A stretch of DNA of 64,000 nucleotides from Haliotis cracherodii (Eukaryota). Position numbers and translations under genes: made by a program. The notes under the pieces were generated by a model. It did not search any database. It saw nothing but the letters and a program-made list of their open reading frames with translations, and had not been told where the DNA came from. This document shows positions 46,861 to 60,619 of this stretch, one piece after another. The DNA is taken from NCBI RefSeq assembly GCF_022045235.1, contig NW_027266308.1:31682001-31746000 (forward strand), given 5' to 3'. Positions within the stretch are counted from its first letter, which is position 1, and each line of letters opens with the position of its first letter.

Positions 46861-49629
46861 CTTGGCCAAGTAACATATTTTGACATTGCCAACCAGAGCA
46901 GAAATTATGATTCACATACATGAGGAAACAGATCAGCCACTTACATAAAGCAGAGGTTGCTTTAAGACCAACTTTATCCAGGAAACCCAAATGGTCTACG
47001 CTACAATTTACGTTAGTCATGATCTGTATTATCCAGGTGCCTCGCGTCAGTATTAAACATAGAACTGATTGTTCTATGAACCAATGGGCGCTGTGAATTT
47101 CTAACCAATATCGATGAAAGCCTCTTCAATACATTGTACGGCGCTTCCATTACCTTAAAGGGCATGTAAAGTCACCATAGCAGCTTTGTAAAATTGTTCG
47201 TACTTTGGGGCATACATAATGATAAATGTTTGACCAAAATCATATTTGAAAAACGGAAATAGCTTAAAACAGACGATAAAACGACATGCAAAGTCGTCAA
47301 AACGAAACAAGCCACCAATGAGGGGATTCCCCTTACTGGGGTTAAAACGGGTTCCCGGTGTCTGACGTGCTGTGCAATTTCAACGATCATGACGGGGGCG
47401 ACGCCCAGTCTGCTTGCTTCTGCCTCGGATTTATTAAATACGTTATGTCTTTTTTCTGTCTGTTCATCTATTTGTTAACCATGTCCACAACTTATGTCAC
47501 CTATGTAACAACACTGAAGATGCCTTCAGTTGTTTACTCAGGGGATTAATCCCTGACAGGCATTTATTGTGTGGAATAGGGCCGATGCAGCTGGTAATTT
47601 ATTACCAAAACAGGTTGTTAGTAATAAAACGCTAGTTATTGATTGTTAATTGCTATTTCAATTATTCACGATGCCAAGATCAAAGGTCGTTTCACATATT
47701 TCACAATGCATACAATGTTGTTATTGGTGGACTGACGCTATGAAAATAGAAAAGAAGATATTTTCTTGGTTAGTAGTGGCAAATATGTGTGGATGGCTAG
47801 ACAAGGGTGAGAAGCCGAAGCAGCGAGAGCATATCATTTAACTTTCACCACTCCTCTGTGAACTAGCAGACGAGGTGAGCACAGCGAGCGAATGAATTCC
47901 ACCTACTGTACAGCAGGCTGGAATTAAGTTATCGGTTTCCGCTGTTTAAGCGGACAGCCCAACAGCTCAGCGATAGCGATATAAACAAACCCATATATGT
48001 CGACGCTAACAATAACACAGTTTAGCGGTTAACGCTAAATGCTATTATGTTTTGTAGGATTACAGGAAATAGCAGAAATCTATGTATTACGGCTAAGAAG
48101 CACAAGATATAGAAAGGCGGCAAACCCATCGGCCAAATTGAATGAAAACATTTTAGCTTTTGATCATCCCCTTTTGGGGTTTGTTGTGGAAGCCGATTAC
48201 AGGGCCTGTGATTTCAGAACTTTCACTTGGACATTTGATACTTTTTGTACGAATATTACGAATATATCTCTCGAAAATTGACTAGATGTATCTAGGAAAA
48301 TCGATATGCGAAATATAATTTTTTTCACATTACTTGTCCTTTAAAACGATCATTTCTTGATTGAATATAACCTAAATGTCCTTGTCAAGGAGGTCCTCAA
48401 CACAGCAATGCAACATATTCATAGTATTGGGTACACATTCGGTCATTTGGAAATAGACAAGACGCATGTTGTTTTTGAACACTGACATGTTTCTCTTGAC
48501 TGGTTGTAATATAAGTTACTAATTATTTATTAACTTGTTCTTTTCCTTCTTCAGTTGGAAATGACTTTTTACGGATAAAGATAACAGCCGTTATATAGCG
48601 TGAATATTGCTGAGTGCGTCGTTAATCAAGCAACAGACGTTAGGACCGTGATGATTGAAAACATCCGGAAGTAATTTGATTTGTGGCAGAAAACAATTAT
48701 CTTCTTTTAAATATGCACATGCAGCTGATTATCTATTTCGCTGAATGGACGTGTGTCAGTTCACATGGCTCAGGATGACCACAGAAGGGAGGACACAGTT
48801 GGACGATTTTCCCTCAGCTGACACTGTTAATAACGAAATGTTTTGCGTTCCTGTGCATGATCTTAAATGAACATTAAACACAGAATGTAAGGCCGCACGT
48901 TACCTTTACGATAAGCTACATGGCTTATTCAATAAACTACATGGCTGACCGTGCAAAGATGGCAAGGTTAGCAGCGTCAGACATTTTGAGCGGGATTTCA
49001 GGGATTTCAAATAAGATGAACAAAAACGAACCATGTATATCCTTTTAAACCCGATTAACTGTCCATTAAACATGTCCGACAGTTTGTATTGTACTGATAA
49101 GTTTCACGCTTTTGACGCATTTTTTCATCAGCCTTGACTGTGTTGCCATTTTCAGCAGATGCTCTCGGTGACCTCAAGATGGAATATTACAAGCCAAACT
49201 GGAACTCGCTGTCTCGTGTGTATTCACTGCGCATTTGCAGGCCATGAATATTTAGCAATGTACGACTCTTACTATATCATTTGCACATGTTTATGAATCA
49301 CTATCAAATAGCGATGACACCAGGTGTTCGCGAAAAGGTGAGCGTATATATGCCCCACCAGAGGCACCCGTCATCAACACATGCACAAACAAGACACAGG
49401 CAGATGTAGAAACGAAGTATAGGTTATGAGGATTCGCGTAACTGATGAAGGAAATGAAATAATGTTGAATGTTACAATTTCTTGCAAATAGATACAACAG
49501 TTCCCTGTGCTATATTATGCATAAATTCCAATCTGTCACCCAGGAAGTAAATGAAGGGGGGATAGTCTCTTCCTCTGTTGGAAAGCATGAAATATTGAGG
49601 TGAGGTATGTACGAAGGTACGAAAGGTGA

Positions 49630-49930
49630 AGTTTTAAGCTGACATGGAAGGAATGGTTTTCATAACAGGGATTGGTGCTCCTCCCTAAACAACTGTTAAA
49701 AGGTGGGCAGCAAAGAATAAGTCTGGTTTAAAACCGGTCAATGACTGAGCGTCGTATTTCTTTCCCGAGGACAGATTACTTCACAGAAACTCTAGCAATG
49801 ACATCTGATCACAAAAACGCACCAGGAACGTCTCCCGTGATAATCTAGCTCTGTGTGAAGCTGACGCAGAACAATTTTTGTTTAACGATTTATGAGTATG
49901 GATGAAACCTGGCTACTGGTCTAAGTCCAA
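49630..49930 (+). mobile_element. Mariner-like transposase fragment (paralog of 30990-31270)
   Basis: TTVKRWAAK and SMDETW motifs. Confidence 0.6.
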
Positions 49931-50464
49931 ACAGAAGATTGCAAGTTCTTGATCACTCCACATTCCTCAAGTTTATCCACTTTCGTAAAGGTCGCAGACC
50001 CCTGCGTATTTTACTGACTTGTCACAGCGAAACAATGTGCTCAAATGACTCAATGACTGACCTCTATATAATGTAATGTCCTCAACGAAAGATTTCCATC
50101 TTAATCAATTCTTCTAGAGGCTCAGATAACTAAATTTATTACTTGCCCGTGAAGAGATCACCCGTTTAATAAACATACAGCTGTATTACACATTGTGTAA
50201 TACCAAAACGCTTGCTTATGTACTCTCGGAACACGTTTCACAAACAAATATTGAAAACTCTCGACATCCTTTGGCTTATTGAGCGATATTGCGGGTGGAG
50301 ATGATAGATCACTGAGAGGAGCTTATCCACACTCGATGACCCCAGCAACCTTGTTGCTAGGCTGACGTCACATGGCATTGTTTCGCCGATGGATCTTGCA
50401 ACAAAATTCCACAAATTATGTCATCGGGTACTGTGACGTGATTGTAAACTTTGCGGTGCAAGTC

Positions 50465-50570
50465 CCCGTTCCACAAGGCGATCGTACTGTAGCGCAACGA
50501 CAGTCGTTGGTCTAAGTTAAAGTACGTGAGTTGCGATAACCTTAGGGCTACGATAGTTTTGTGGAACGGA
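50465..50570. repeat. Small MITE-like element
   Basis: TIR CCGTTCCACAA..CGATCGTA / TACGATAG..TTGTGGAACGG. Confidence 0.5.
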
Positions 50571-50748
50571 AGCCTGAATTCTGAAGGTAGACCGTTGTAT
50601 GGTATTAAATTCATACGTTTCAACTTTTGACGTGTTTGAAGTATTATTATGTTGAACTCAATTGGATTATACCGTGGGTCGTGTAGGTGTCAGCCTATTC
50701 ACATTCAACAGCATAATTCTAAAAAACGCTATAAATGGCAAGTAATAA

Positions 50749-50899
50749 ATAAAATACTAAACTCGCTCTCGTGTAAAACAAATTTTATGAAACTCGTGAA
50801 TAGTTGCGGTATCTGACTCGCTTTCGCTCGTCAGATACCACAACTATTCACTCGTTTCATAAAATTGGTATTACACGGGAGCTCGTTTAGTATTCTATA
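50749..50899. repeat. Second copy of the ~150-bp palindrome, upstream of the copy 4 leader exon
   Basis: Same arms and flanks as 15982-16130, with the loop inverted. Confidence 0.85.
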
Positions 50900-51088
50900 T
50901 TTAGCTCATGGTATATGTTATCGCATAAGGAAAATTCGATATTGCTATGATATTGCAATTCAACGAAAAAAGAAGTCTTTCACAGATTATGCGTTACAAT
51001 AATCACTTCTTTCGAACCGTTGTAAGCGTTCTTCTTCCCTGTTGGGTAAACCACAGCGAGTAGATGTATATGCACACAGGCCGGAGAT

Positions 51089-52530
51089 ATGTGGACGGCG
51101 AGGCTGCTTGTCTGTTACTTGCACTGTGTATATGCAACTAGTGTCAACATATGTAAGTAAACGTTTTCACATGATGTCCTTTAAAGTCATTTTTCCGCTA
51201 AATGAAATATGAGATATTGATGAATAATGAATATTCGCAAAGAACAATGAAGAACGAAGCATATTGTTTTATCAGGACGTCATTTCTGGAGATTCAAACA
51301 TATTTTATGACGTCAGTATATAGGACAACGTTATTTTTTTAGAGGGAAGTGTCTAGTGATGTGTTCCCCATAGATGTAACAGGGCAACCCAGATAAACGC
51401 ATTGACCGAACGATAACATCCAAAAGTTAGATAGATATGTCAATCGGTATTAGGAGCAAAATTACAGTAATCGACGCAAAAATTGTGAGAATATTTTCGA
51501 AAGACCAATATTAACCCGTCATTAAGTCGTCACGCTTGTATTTCTTCTGCAAAGGTGAGGTTCCTAGCAGCACTTCTTTAAATAGCGAAAAGAAACCAGA
51601 ATCTGAAGAATGAATTCGTTTGTCAGATACCATTCCGGACATGTAATTTGTTAATTTTTGTATTAATGTCGGGGCTTGTAATGCTTATTTAAAGCTTTGA
51701 AGCAACAAGTTTGATAAATAAGACAATTTCTACATGTATCACTGTTCTTATATTTTAACAGGAATGTTTACCCATAAGTGTTTTATCTTTAGCCATCTCT
51801 ACTGCTATTGATATAGCAATGCTGTACATTCCTGTGTGAAAATGATATGTTACACGCACGTATCGGGCAAACATTGAAGTAACCACATTCCACACTAGTG
51901 CATCCATTAACAAACATATGTTTTCGCCAAATTCATACCTATAAATGAGTAGCATGACAATTTTGTCAGTGTTGAGGACAGGATACAAGCCCCGACACAT
52001 TTCGGTCCACTGGTCACAATACATCGGGAGGCAATGGAGTAGTGATATAGCATACTTCCATAGTATACCATACTATAAAGTTGATATCAAGAAGCATTTG
52101 AATAACGGTCACGACTGCCGCCAGTGATATGACAGTCACGTGAACTCATTAAATATGGATTCCTCTAAAATCCGACCGAGATGACCAGTGGGGCCATTTT
52201 CCTTCAAAGCTGTTCCGCAAATTCCTTTAAGTTGTAATATATAACACTTAAAAAGAACAATTGGAACTTAGTAACTACTTATTGTGCTAAAAAGAATCAA
52301 TAAAGTAAGCATAACTAATTTGAAGTAATTATTAAGGGCATGTTTGTACATCACATTCAGTCATTTTGCAATGCTGTTTCAGAGAACGGAAACTCCGTAT
52401 GGATAGAAAAGATACGAATCAGCAGGTGAAATTCAACCCGCCAACAGAAAACACGACCTACGACGGTCTCGATGTTACGAGAGACAGTGGAGCATATTCT
52501 GTTTTAACCCCAGAACATTCTAGAACATGA
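51089..52530 (+). pseudogene. Receptor copy 4, ectodomain deleted and tail truncated (pseudogene or possible 79-aa ITAM microprotein)
   Basis: Intact leader exon 51089-51152 and 3' part of the TM exon 51525-51554 with donor GTGAGG. Tail exon 52383-52530 reads ERKLRMDRKDTNQQVKFNPPTENTTYDGLDVTRDSGAYSVLTPEHSRT*. No ectodomain exons lie between. Confidence 0.75.
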
Positions 52531-53759
52531 GAATTTGAATGGTCAGTACAGTAAGATAGGGATATCTCACAACATTTTTGTTTGATATAAATTAGTTCGA
52601 TATGCGTCGATTAAGCAAAATTCCCTATACCTGTATCAAAGAGACATATGGTGATAAAATAAATTGAAGTAAGCACTCCTAAGGTAAATGTTCAGCTATA
52701 TCTCTTATATATATAGATTTAGATTTAGCTTTCACACTAATGCTTATTACAACTTAAAAAAATATGTCTCTTACCTAGGAGTCAGATACACAAAACTACA
52801 ACTGAACTGCAGTGTTGACCACGCCCACGAAAAGTTCTTTTAATTTCCCTGTATCTTTTCATTGTAAGTCATGAAATATGAAATATGTGTAGGTGTATTG
52901 AGATGTAGTAATACTCAAATATATTTGTGCTATCTACCCTCGATAATGTACAGTGCAGGTAGTGCGTCTTGGGTCACAGATGACACTGGCAATTGTAAAA
53001 CGATACACGACACAGAAAACAATTAAAAAATTTGGGAATCTGAATGTACATGTGTGTAGAAAATTAACTTCATTTCATTCTAGATGTCATTTTATGTTAT
53101 AAATTGAAGAGAAATGTATTATGCTGATGTTTACACCTAAGACCTCTTTATGAAGTCATCTGAATGGCGTTGTCATCGAAGGACATACTGATTATTTGAA
53201 TTCAAAAGAGTGTACCCAAATCTTCCATGTGATGAAATTCATTTACTTGTTTGTTTGTTGTGTTAACGTCACTGCGAAAATTATTAAAATTATATTACGA
53301 CTGGTCGTAAATAGTCAAGTTTAGGCCAGGCAAAAACAATTATGGTTGACAGCAAGGACAACGTACAGATTGACGTCATGTTGACGCTGTTAACTTCATG
53401 GAGTGGCTTCCAATAAAACTCCCGGGAAAAAAGATGTATTCATCAATGTATGATGGGCAGAATGAAAGCAGGCATTGTTATGATCAGTTTGACCTGGTTC
53501 ACAGATACCATGGGCAGAAATACCGCCTGGTAACGTTTTGGTAACGTTTTGGTAACGTTTGCAATGTTTAGGTGAAATTAATTTTCAAGTGTAATGTTTT
53601 CTAATTCACGTCAGTTTAGAACACGATATTGCATTATGAAGTGATGGCTTGCAAATACAAAGAATCCTGCCATTCGTTTCGTAAACCAGTGTGATAAAAT
53701 CACGTTATAATCCCCACATCTCTTTTTCTATATTGTAAAAACAGTCTAATATAAATTTA

Positions 53760-54166
53760 TATGTTGTCCCGTGCGTCTGATAACGGGTCCACAGTCTTGT
53801 AATGGTTCTTGGTGCAACATAGAAAAACCTGGCTACAGCCAACGATGATTCGGCCGATGTCGTTGTTTCGTTGGGCTTCTGTCAGTCGTGGCCTGTTTTC
53901 GCTTGCTGTAAGATTGTGATGGCATGCACATGAAAATCCCAACGTTTTTATAGCACAACAAGTGATGTTGCACGTGCTCTCATATGGTTGTGTTTTTGCG
54001 ATTTTTCCATGTTTTCACCAGATTTCTGCAGTAACTCAATTTTCCATAAAAAAAAATCCCAATCAATGCAGAAATGACCAATTAGTTTTGTATGGATGTC
54101 GCCATCACTCTTAGTCAGATATTTACAATTTTACTACTTTTGCGTTTCTTGTTTTTGCAGAGTATA
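53760..54166 (-). mobile_element. Tc1-like 5' end fragment
   Basis: RPRLTEAQRNNDIGRIIVGCSQ transposase N-terminus, and terminus TTGCGTTTCTTGTTTTTGCAGAGTATA similar to the element ending at 1210. Confidence 0.6.
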
Positions 54167-57100
54167 TATGTTTACCTATGCACGTTACTTGTTACGCCTT
54201 CAGGCAGCACAACGTTTTTCTACTGAATGTTCATATTTACCATATTCGCACATGATAATTGGATACGCATTATTTTATCACTATTTTCATTTAGCTCCAA
54301 ATAAGGATCTTGTGATGTACCATACGTTTGTTTAGGCGAAGACTCGATTTGCCTTCGCATGTGATTGTTTCGGATGCCACCGGTGGAGCAGGATACTCTC
54401 ACCTTTGTTCAGAACACCTGGCATCATCACTTTTGATAGTGATTCATAACATAGGAGTATGATATAGTTTGAATGGGAAATTCATAATTTTAATTACCTC
54501 ACCCTAGAAAGTCCTCATGATTATCACCGATTGTTAAATGAATGTTATATTTATATATTTTTTGTTGTATCTCCCAATCTGTAAATTCTCACCCACTGTA
54601 TTTATCTGAACTTGTATATGGGCCGATGGCCTTTGATACAATAAACATCTTTGACTTTGACTTTGACTTTGATATAGTTTGAATGGTACAATGGACTCTG
54701 CTCTTAGCAGATATTTCTTATAATTATGGTAAATAAAATTATGTTTCACGTAACTATCATCTATCGTTTTTTCGTTCCCAAAATGTATTGCCACACATAC
54801 TTTGAATATTGTGCTTACAGTAATCTGCATTTGATTACCTATTATTGTAAATGTTACAATTTAAAAATGCTTACCAACAATCACGACAAAGAAGTACTTT
54901 TTTTTATAAATTTTGGCTTGAGCGGTGATGCGGCCGTCAAACTCGGCTGTTTCAGTCAGAGGTGGTAAAGGTGATTTGATACATCTGATTGATCAATCGG
55001 AATGAAGTATTTTCTATATTCATGTCAGGGCGTAAACCTGTAAATAATCTAATCTGGGCAAGACCAACTAGCGATTGATATCATAAGAAACGTCCAACGC
55101 CGTTGGGTACGATGACACGCAATCACTCATTCACACTCAATCACACACGATCACACCCGATCTTACAGCAAGCACGGGTTGAATGAGGACTAATCGTATC
55201 AAGATTGCCCCATGGGTCTAAGATACGCTTATGTTAGACATGATCAGTATTATCAAGGCAGCCTATTGACGAAGCTGTCTTATCGCTAACATTGGCGTAA
55301 AGGATTCGTAGTGAAAAATATCTTAGTTAAGTCTATTCTCGAGGCTGTTTTAGCTCTAAGCTACAACAAAAAAGGCGGGCCTCTCTCAGGAGCTTACGAC
55401 AAGTAAAATGGGGGCCAAAAGACGAAAACTGTTCGACAGTAAGGGTCTATTGTATCATTTCTGACCACAAAATCGCGTGTTTTCCACTTACACTTTCAAA
55501 ACACGAACAACAGATCACAGTAAACACCGATAATGACTTTTGCCTAACGGCTAGTCGATAGCAGATGGTAGCTTGACGATCATTCCATACAAAATGTTAC
55601 GTGAAACAATATAAAATCATTTAGTCCATGAATGAATATTCCAGTACGAGTGATAAAAACAGTTTTAGTGTAAAAAATATTTTAGATATATAAAGTCGAT
55701 TTTAAACCTAATTAGGTTGAATCACATTGCATAAACCGCGTCGCAGTTGCGGGACATCTTCGACTGTTGAGGATTTCCTTCTCACACTTGGCAAAAGGAT
55801 GTTTGTTGATTGTGTTTCTTGCAAACCTCCATTTCAGGGAATATAATGCACGTATTTCATGACCTGGTAGATTGTTTCATTTCGCTAGATGTTACATCCC
55901 ACATAGCGACAGTTTACAGGAGATAGCCTAAAAATATCAAAAGGAAATCCTGATCATGTGACAATGAAACAAACAGGATATTTACAATAAAATTTATTTA
56001 TCATATAATGCGTAGGTTTCTCGGCTGGATAAAGCAAACGGATAAAAACGAAGGTCATATGCGCCTAGAGATGCAAATATCAAAGGTGTAGCAGGGACTA
56101 CTTTCAGTGTTTACAAACAAACATCGCCCTTGACATTCGGCGATCGAGAATAAGGAGAAACTACAGGCGTAATTGTTATCATTGTCAAAAAAATAGTCTT
56201 ATTTACTATAAGTCGGTGTCTAACTGTGACGTTGCTAAGGCATTTTACAAGTTTTGGCAACTTTGGAGATATAAATTGCGAAACAATTTAGCGAGGGCTA
56301 TTCTAGCGGGATAAGATTCCATATCTGTGCTTATAAACCTCTTTGGCTTGGAACCTTTTCCCCAAATTAGAACAGTTGGATTTGACCGAAATATGTCCGA
56401 ATTTTTACCTTGTTTCATTTTGTCGCTGTGTGTACATTTGACTGCACTTCGCAACGTTATGGCAGGACAGGCACACTCTGGCAGATGCCTCAGTGACTAG
56501 GGTGAGAGTAGCTTCCCTTTGATAAAGGGCAGTTACTCTTGCCAACAGAACGATTGATGGAAAGGCATGTAGACCTAGAAACAATTTGTGTAGGCAACTG
56601 TTAGTTTGCCTATATGTAGTTACGCCACTGTATAAGAAACAGGTTAATGTTGGAACTATATGGACTGTTGTCACCGTCCGACTGACACATCACTTACCTT
56701 CTGACGTAATATATATTAATGTCCACATTCCAGGAAAACATGCAATGTTTAGGTAATGTTTGTGAGAGATGGGTAAGACAACGTTGCGATAAGTTGAAGA
56801 CTTCAAGAACAGCTCTTTTGACAATAGTAAATTGTTGTCGTAAGTTGCTAAACTTTGTCTTAGCTAAGAAAGCTACTTGAATAAGCCGCCAGGTGTCTTG
56901 TATCAGTATGAAAGATAGAAATGTTCATTCCATGAATAAACCTCACTTTGAAACTACAATTCCGTCGACGAAAGACGCTTCATGACATTGTACGATGCTT
57001 CCATCATCATCTGAGTTGCAATATTTATCTCCCTCACACACTCATTTCTTCTTAAGACGGTTGGATATTGTTTACTTTCATAACCCCAAACGCATAAATT

Positions 57101-57692
57101 ACAAACTTGTGTATACTAAACAAGCATAATATAAACTTACTTCACTTCGCAAATCAATATCTTTAATATAACATAAATGGCCCTGTCCAGGAGGTGCTCA
57201 ACATAGCAGTGCAACATATGTATAGGGTAATCATTCAGTCTTTTGGAGAATATCAGTTGGGGGATCAACAAGAAATAGAAAACAGCACACCTGGCCAGAA
57301 TTACAAATAAATCGCCCCCAGGTTCGTGACTACTGTTGTATTATACCCAATACGCCTGTCGGACCTCCGTTCACTGCATGGTATCACAATATATCAACGA
57401 TAAAACTGTCATGGTCGCAACCAGACAAATGAAAAACAAACGGATGTTATTTTAATTTGTAATTTTATTATCAAATGCTGAAGTATATGCATATGCAGGT
57501 AATTGTCTAAATCACTGAATGACCTTGTTCCAGTTCACATAGTTCTGGATGAATTTGGGATAAGTCTACAGAGTAGCACTGTTTTCCCTCAGCTGACATA
57601 ATACACATTACAAATCACAAAACTTCTGAAGAGTACCTAAAAGCAATATGTGCTGTTTCTTTTTTTATACTGCCTTTCCGGGGCGGCCGGAC

Positions 57693-57888
57693 CCCCGAAG
57701 ATCCGGCTTAGAATTGATCTTCAGCAACCCATGCATGTCATAAGAGGCGACTTACGGGATCGGATGCGTAGATCGATGCTTATGATGTCAATCACTGGAT
57801 TGTCTTGGTCCAGACTCGATTGTTTACAGACCGCCGTCATAAAGCTGGAATATTACTGAGTGCGGCGTCGAACAACAAAAAACAAACA
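57693..57888 (+). mobile_element. Family C SINE-like repeat with internal deletion
   Basis: CCGAAGATCCGG..GTCATAAGAGGCGAC..GCGGCGTCGAACAACAAA. Confidence 0.7.
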
Positions 57889-58562
57889 CTGGGCGGTCGC
57901 CGCTAATGCCCCCTAACTACGAGCTCACTATGTTCACTAAAATGTATCCCTTGTCCATGAGCAATATCTGTAATGAACATTAAACACAGAATGTAAGGCT
58001 TCACGTTGCCTTTACGACAAACTACATCACTAGTTGATACATTATTGTCATTGTCGCCATTGGAACGAGAAAGACAACAAGCTTATCAACGTAAGACATT
58101 TTGAGCGTGATTTCAAGTGAGATAAACGAGCCGTGGTCTTTGGAGCATCCGATAAACTGTCCGTGAAACATTCCCGATAGTATATATGTGTACAGACATT
58201 CTTCATACACTGAAACACTGTTTTTCACATTTTCAGCAGATGCTCTGGGTTAGCTCAAAATGGAATGTAAGCAGTAAAACTGGAATTAGCTGTCTGCTGC
58301 GTATGCACAGTTGTCAAATCTACTAAGCATTTGTAAGTTCTGTATTTTAGACCAGAGTGACTATATACATTAATGTACAAAACCATACTCATTAGAAATC
58401 CCCGTTAAAAGCAGAGTCATTTGTATGACTCCGACTATGTCATAAGCATGTGTTTATGAATCATTATCAAATAGTAATGATACCAAGTATCAGGGAAAAG
58501 GTGTGCGTATCCTATCCCACCAGTTGTACCGTCACAAACACATGCAAAGACATGGAGAATCT

Positions 58563-58697
58563 CACCCGAGTGCCTTTTGATATCAAATATATCAACACGA
58601 GTTGATAAAAGTGGAAAGACTCCGAGGCTTGCTGAGGAGGTTTTCCACTTTTATCAACGAGTGTTGCTATATTTGATATCAAAAGACACGAGGGTGA
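58563..58697. repeat. Palindromic MITE-like insertion
   Basis: CACCC..TTTTGATATCAAATAT..GTTGATAAAAGTGGAAA / TTTCCACTTTTATCAAC..ATATTTGATATCAAAA..GGGTG. Absent from paralogous segments near 30850 and 49390. Confidence 0.7.
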
Positions 58698-59193
58698 GCT
58701 TTTATTTATCATCCAACATCATTCTCCCAACCTTTTCATTTTGTAGACAGTAATAAGCAGTGTCTAAGTGTAAAAAAGTACTGCTAACAGCTTTAGTATC
58801 AGAGCCATTAGTGATGTCATTTGATTGTGACCTCACAATGGTCTGCAAAGCATTGAGATGTAATTTCATTGCAGCGGTATCTACATAAATCTGACCCAAG
58901 CGATATCTCCTGTGTGAGCCATTTTTGGATGATAAAAGACACAGGCATATATAGGGGAACGAAGTAAAATTTAGAATCTCCTTAAACGTTGAAGGAAAGG
59001 ATAATGGTTAATGTTACGATTTCCTCCAAATAAATAAAAGAGTTCTCCGCGATAAAGTATACATAGATGCACATGTGTCACATACCAAAAAGGCAAATGA
59101 AGGGGATGTCTTTTCCTCTATTGCAAATCATGAAATATTGGGGTGATAGTGAAAACTCAGTTTCCTCCTGCTTCAGTGACTCTGTTGAACAGT

Positions 59194-59357
59194 TAGTGAG
59201 TGAGTATGGTTTTACGCCGCTTTTAGCAATATTCCAGCCATATCACGGCGGGGGAAACCAGAAATGGGCTTCACATATTGTACCAATGTCAGGAATCGAA
59301 CCCGGTCTCCGGCGTGACGAGCGAACGCTTTAACCACTAGGTTACCCGTCCGCCCCC
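59194..59357 (-). mobile_element. Family A SINE
   Basis: Full body and TSD TTGAACAG. Confidence 0.85.
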
Positions 59358-59498
59358 ATTTGAACAGACCATAGTACAAAAGATACATCAACAGGATCTG
59401 GGATACAGTCAGTTTTCCGCTCTGTTTTCCGAATCTGCGTTCTACTTCCCTGTTGGGTTCACCACAACGAGTAGATGCATGGCACACAGGCCGGAGAT

Positions 59499-59562
59499 AT
59501 GTGGACCGCGAGGCTGCTTGTCTGCTACCTGCACTGTGTATATGCAACTAGTGTCAACATAT
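59499..59562 (+). CDS. Leader (signal-peptide) exon of a fifth receptor copy, downstream exons not seen in the window
   Basis: MWTARLLVCYLHCVYATSVNI plus phase-1 donor GTAAGT. The intron-1 start is homologous to genes 2 and 3 up to about 60250. Confidence 0.65.
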
Positions 59563-60619
59563 GTAAGTAAACCTAATCACTTACTGTACTTTACAGTCCG
59601 TTTAATGTTTCGGTGTTTCATTTCTGTAATGTTGTACATGTGGACTTCAAGATGTTGAATGTGGTCATGTAATCTATATCATATCTTGGCTACATACATA
59701 TGGTTTGTGTCTAAGCCTTCAGTGTAAAAACTATCATCTATCACACGTTATACTTGGCATCTCGGAGAATGAAATCTTTAGTGAACATTTTGTTCTTACA
59801 TTTAATACATTTAACCTTTTTAACGATTCATGTGTCACGATATGATCTTGTAGTTCACATCTGAGAACGTAGCGCAAAAAATTTCGGCATTATTCGGTTG
59901 ACTATATTCATTCCTGTCCCTGCTCTTTGTCACTCTAGTGTGGGGTTCGATGTCATTGAGGTTTCAGTTTTCCTCACCCACCTTATATACGTTGCACAAA
60001 TATCGATATACCAATGGTGAGGAAATAGAGGGTTCGATGTAAACTGACACGGTGATATTTGATGAAGATGCAATGTTTTGGAAACATCAGATGTGTACTG
60101 TACATTTCAAACTATTGTTGACAGGAAGCATCCTGATGTACATATGATATGTACATATTGACATGTGAACTCTTATTTGTATCCGTGTCTGTTATTTGTA
60201 TTTAAACCTTAAGTTTGTGAATTGTATGCCATCCACGCAAGGAAGTAAAACAAACTGGCTTATTTGAAGTTTGATAACCAGCATTAATATTGTCAATATT
60301 GTTATCAACAAAACTATATCTTCTCTTGTGTTCATTCCCATATAGGAATTAAAATTAATACATAAATATACACAGTCAGGTTGGTTTCGTACATCATTAG
60401 CGATCCTTTTTCGAACATTACTGTAACTGAACCTAGCTATGACTCAATTACGAAATGTGACATCATGGCAACTTCAGTCTCCACACAAGCAGTTTGCACT
60501 TGCTGGTGGAAAGGACGTGTTCCTTTTTAGGCCTCTTGGGTGTTCTTTCCCGAGGCTACCTCTCCACCTGTTTTCTATTATTTGTATTATATTATGTATT
60601 GTATTATTTATAATATATT

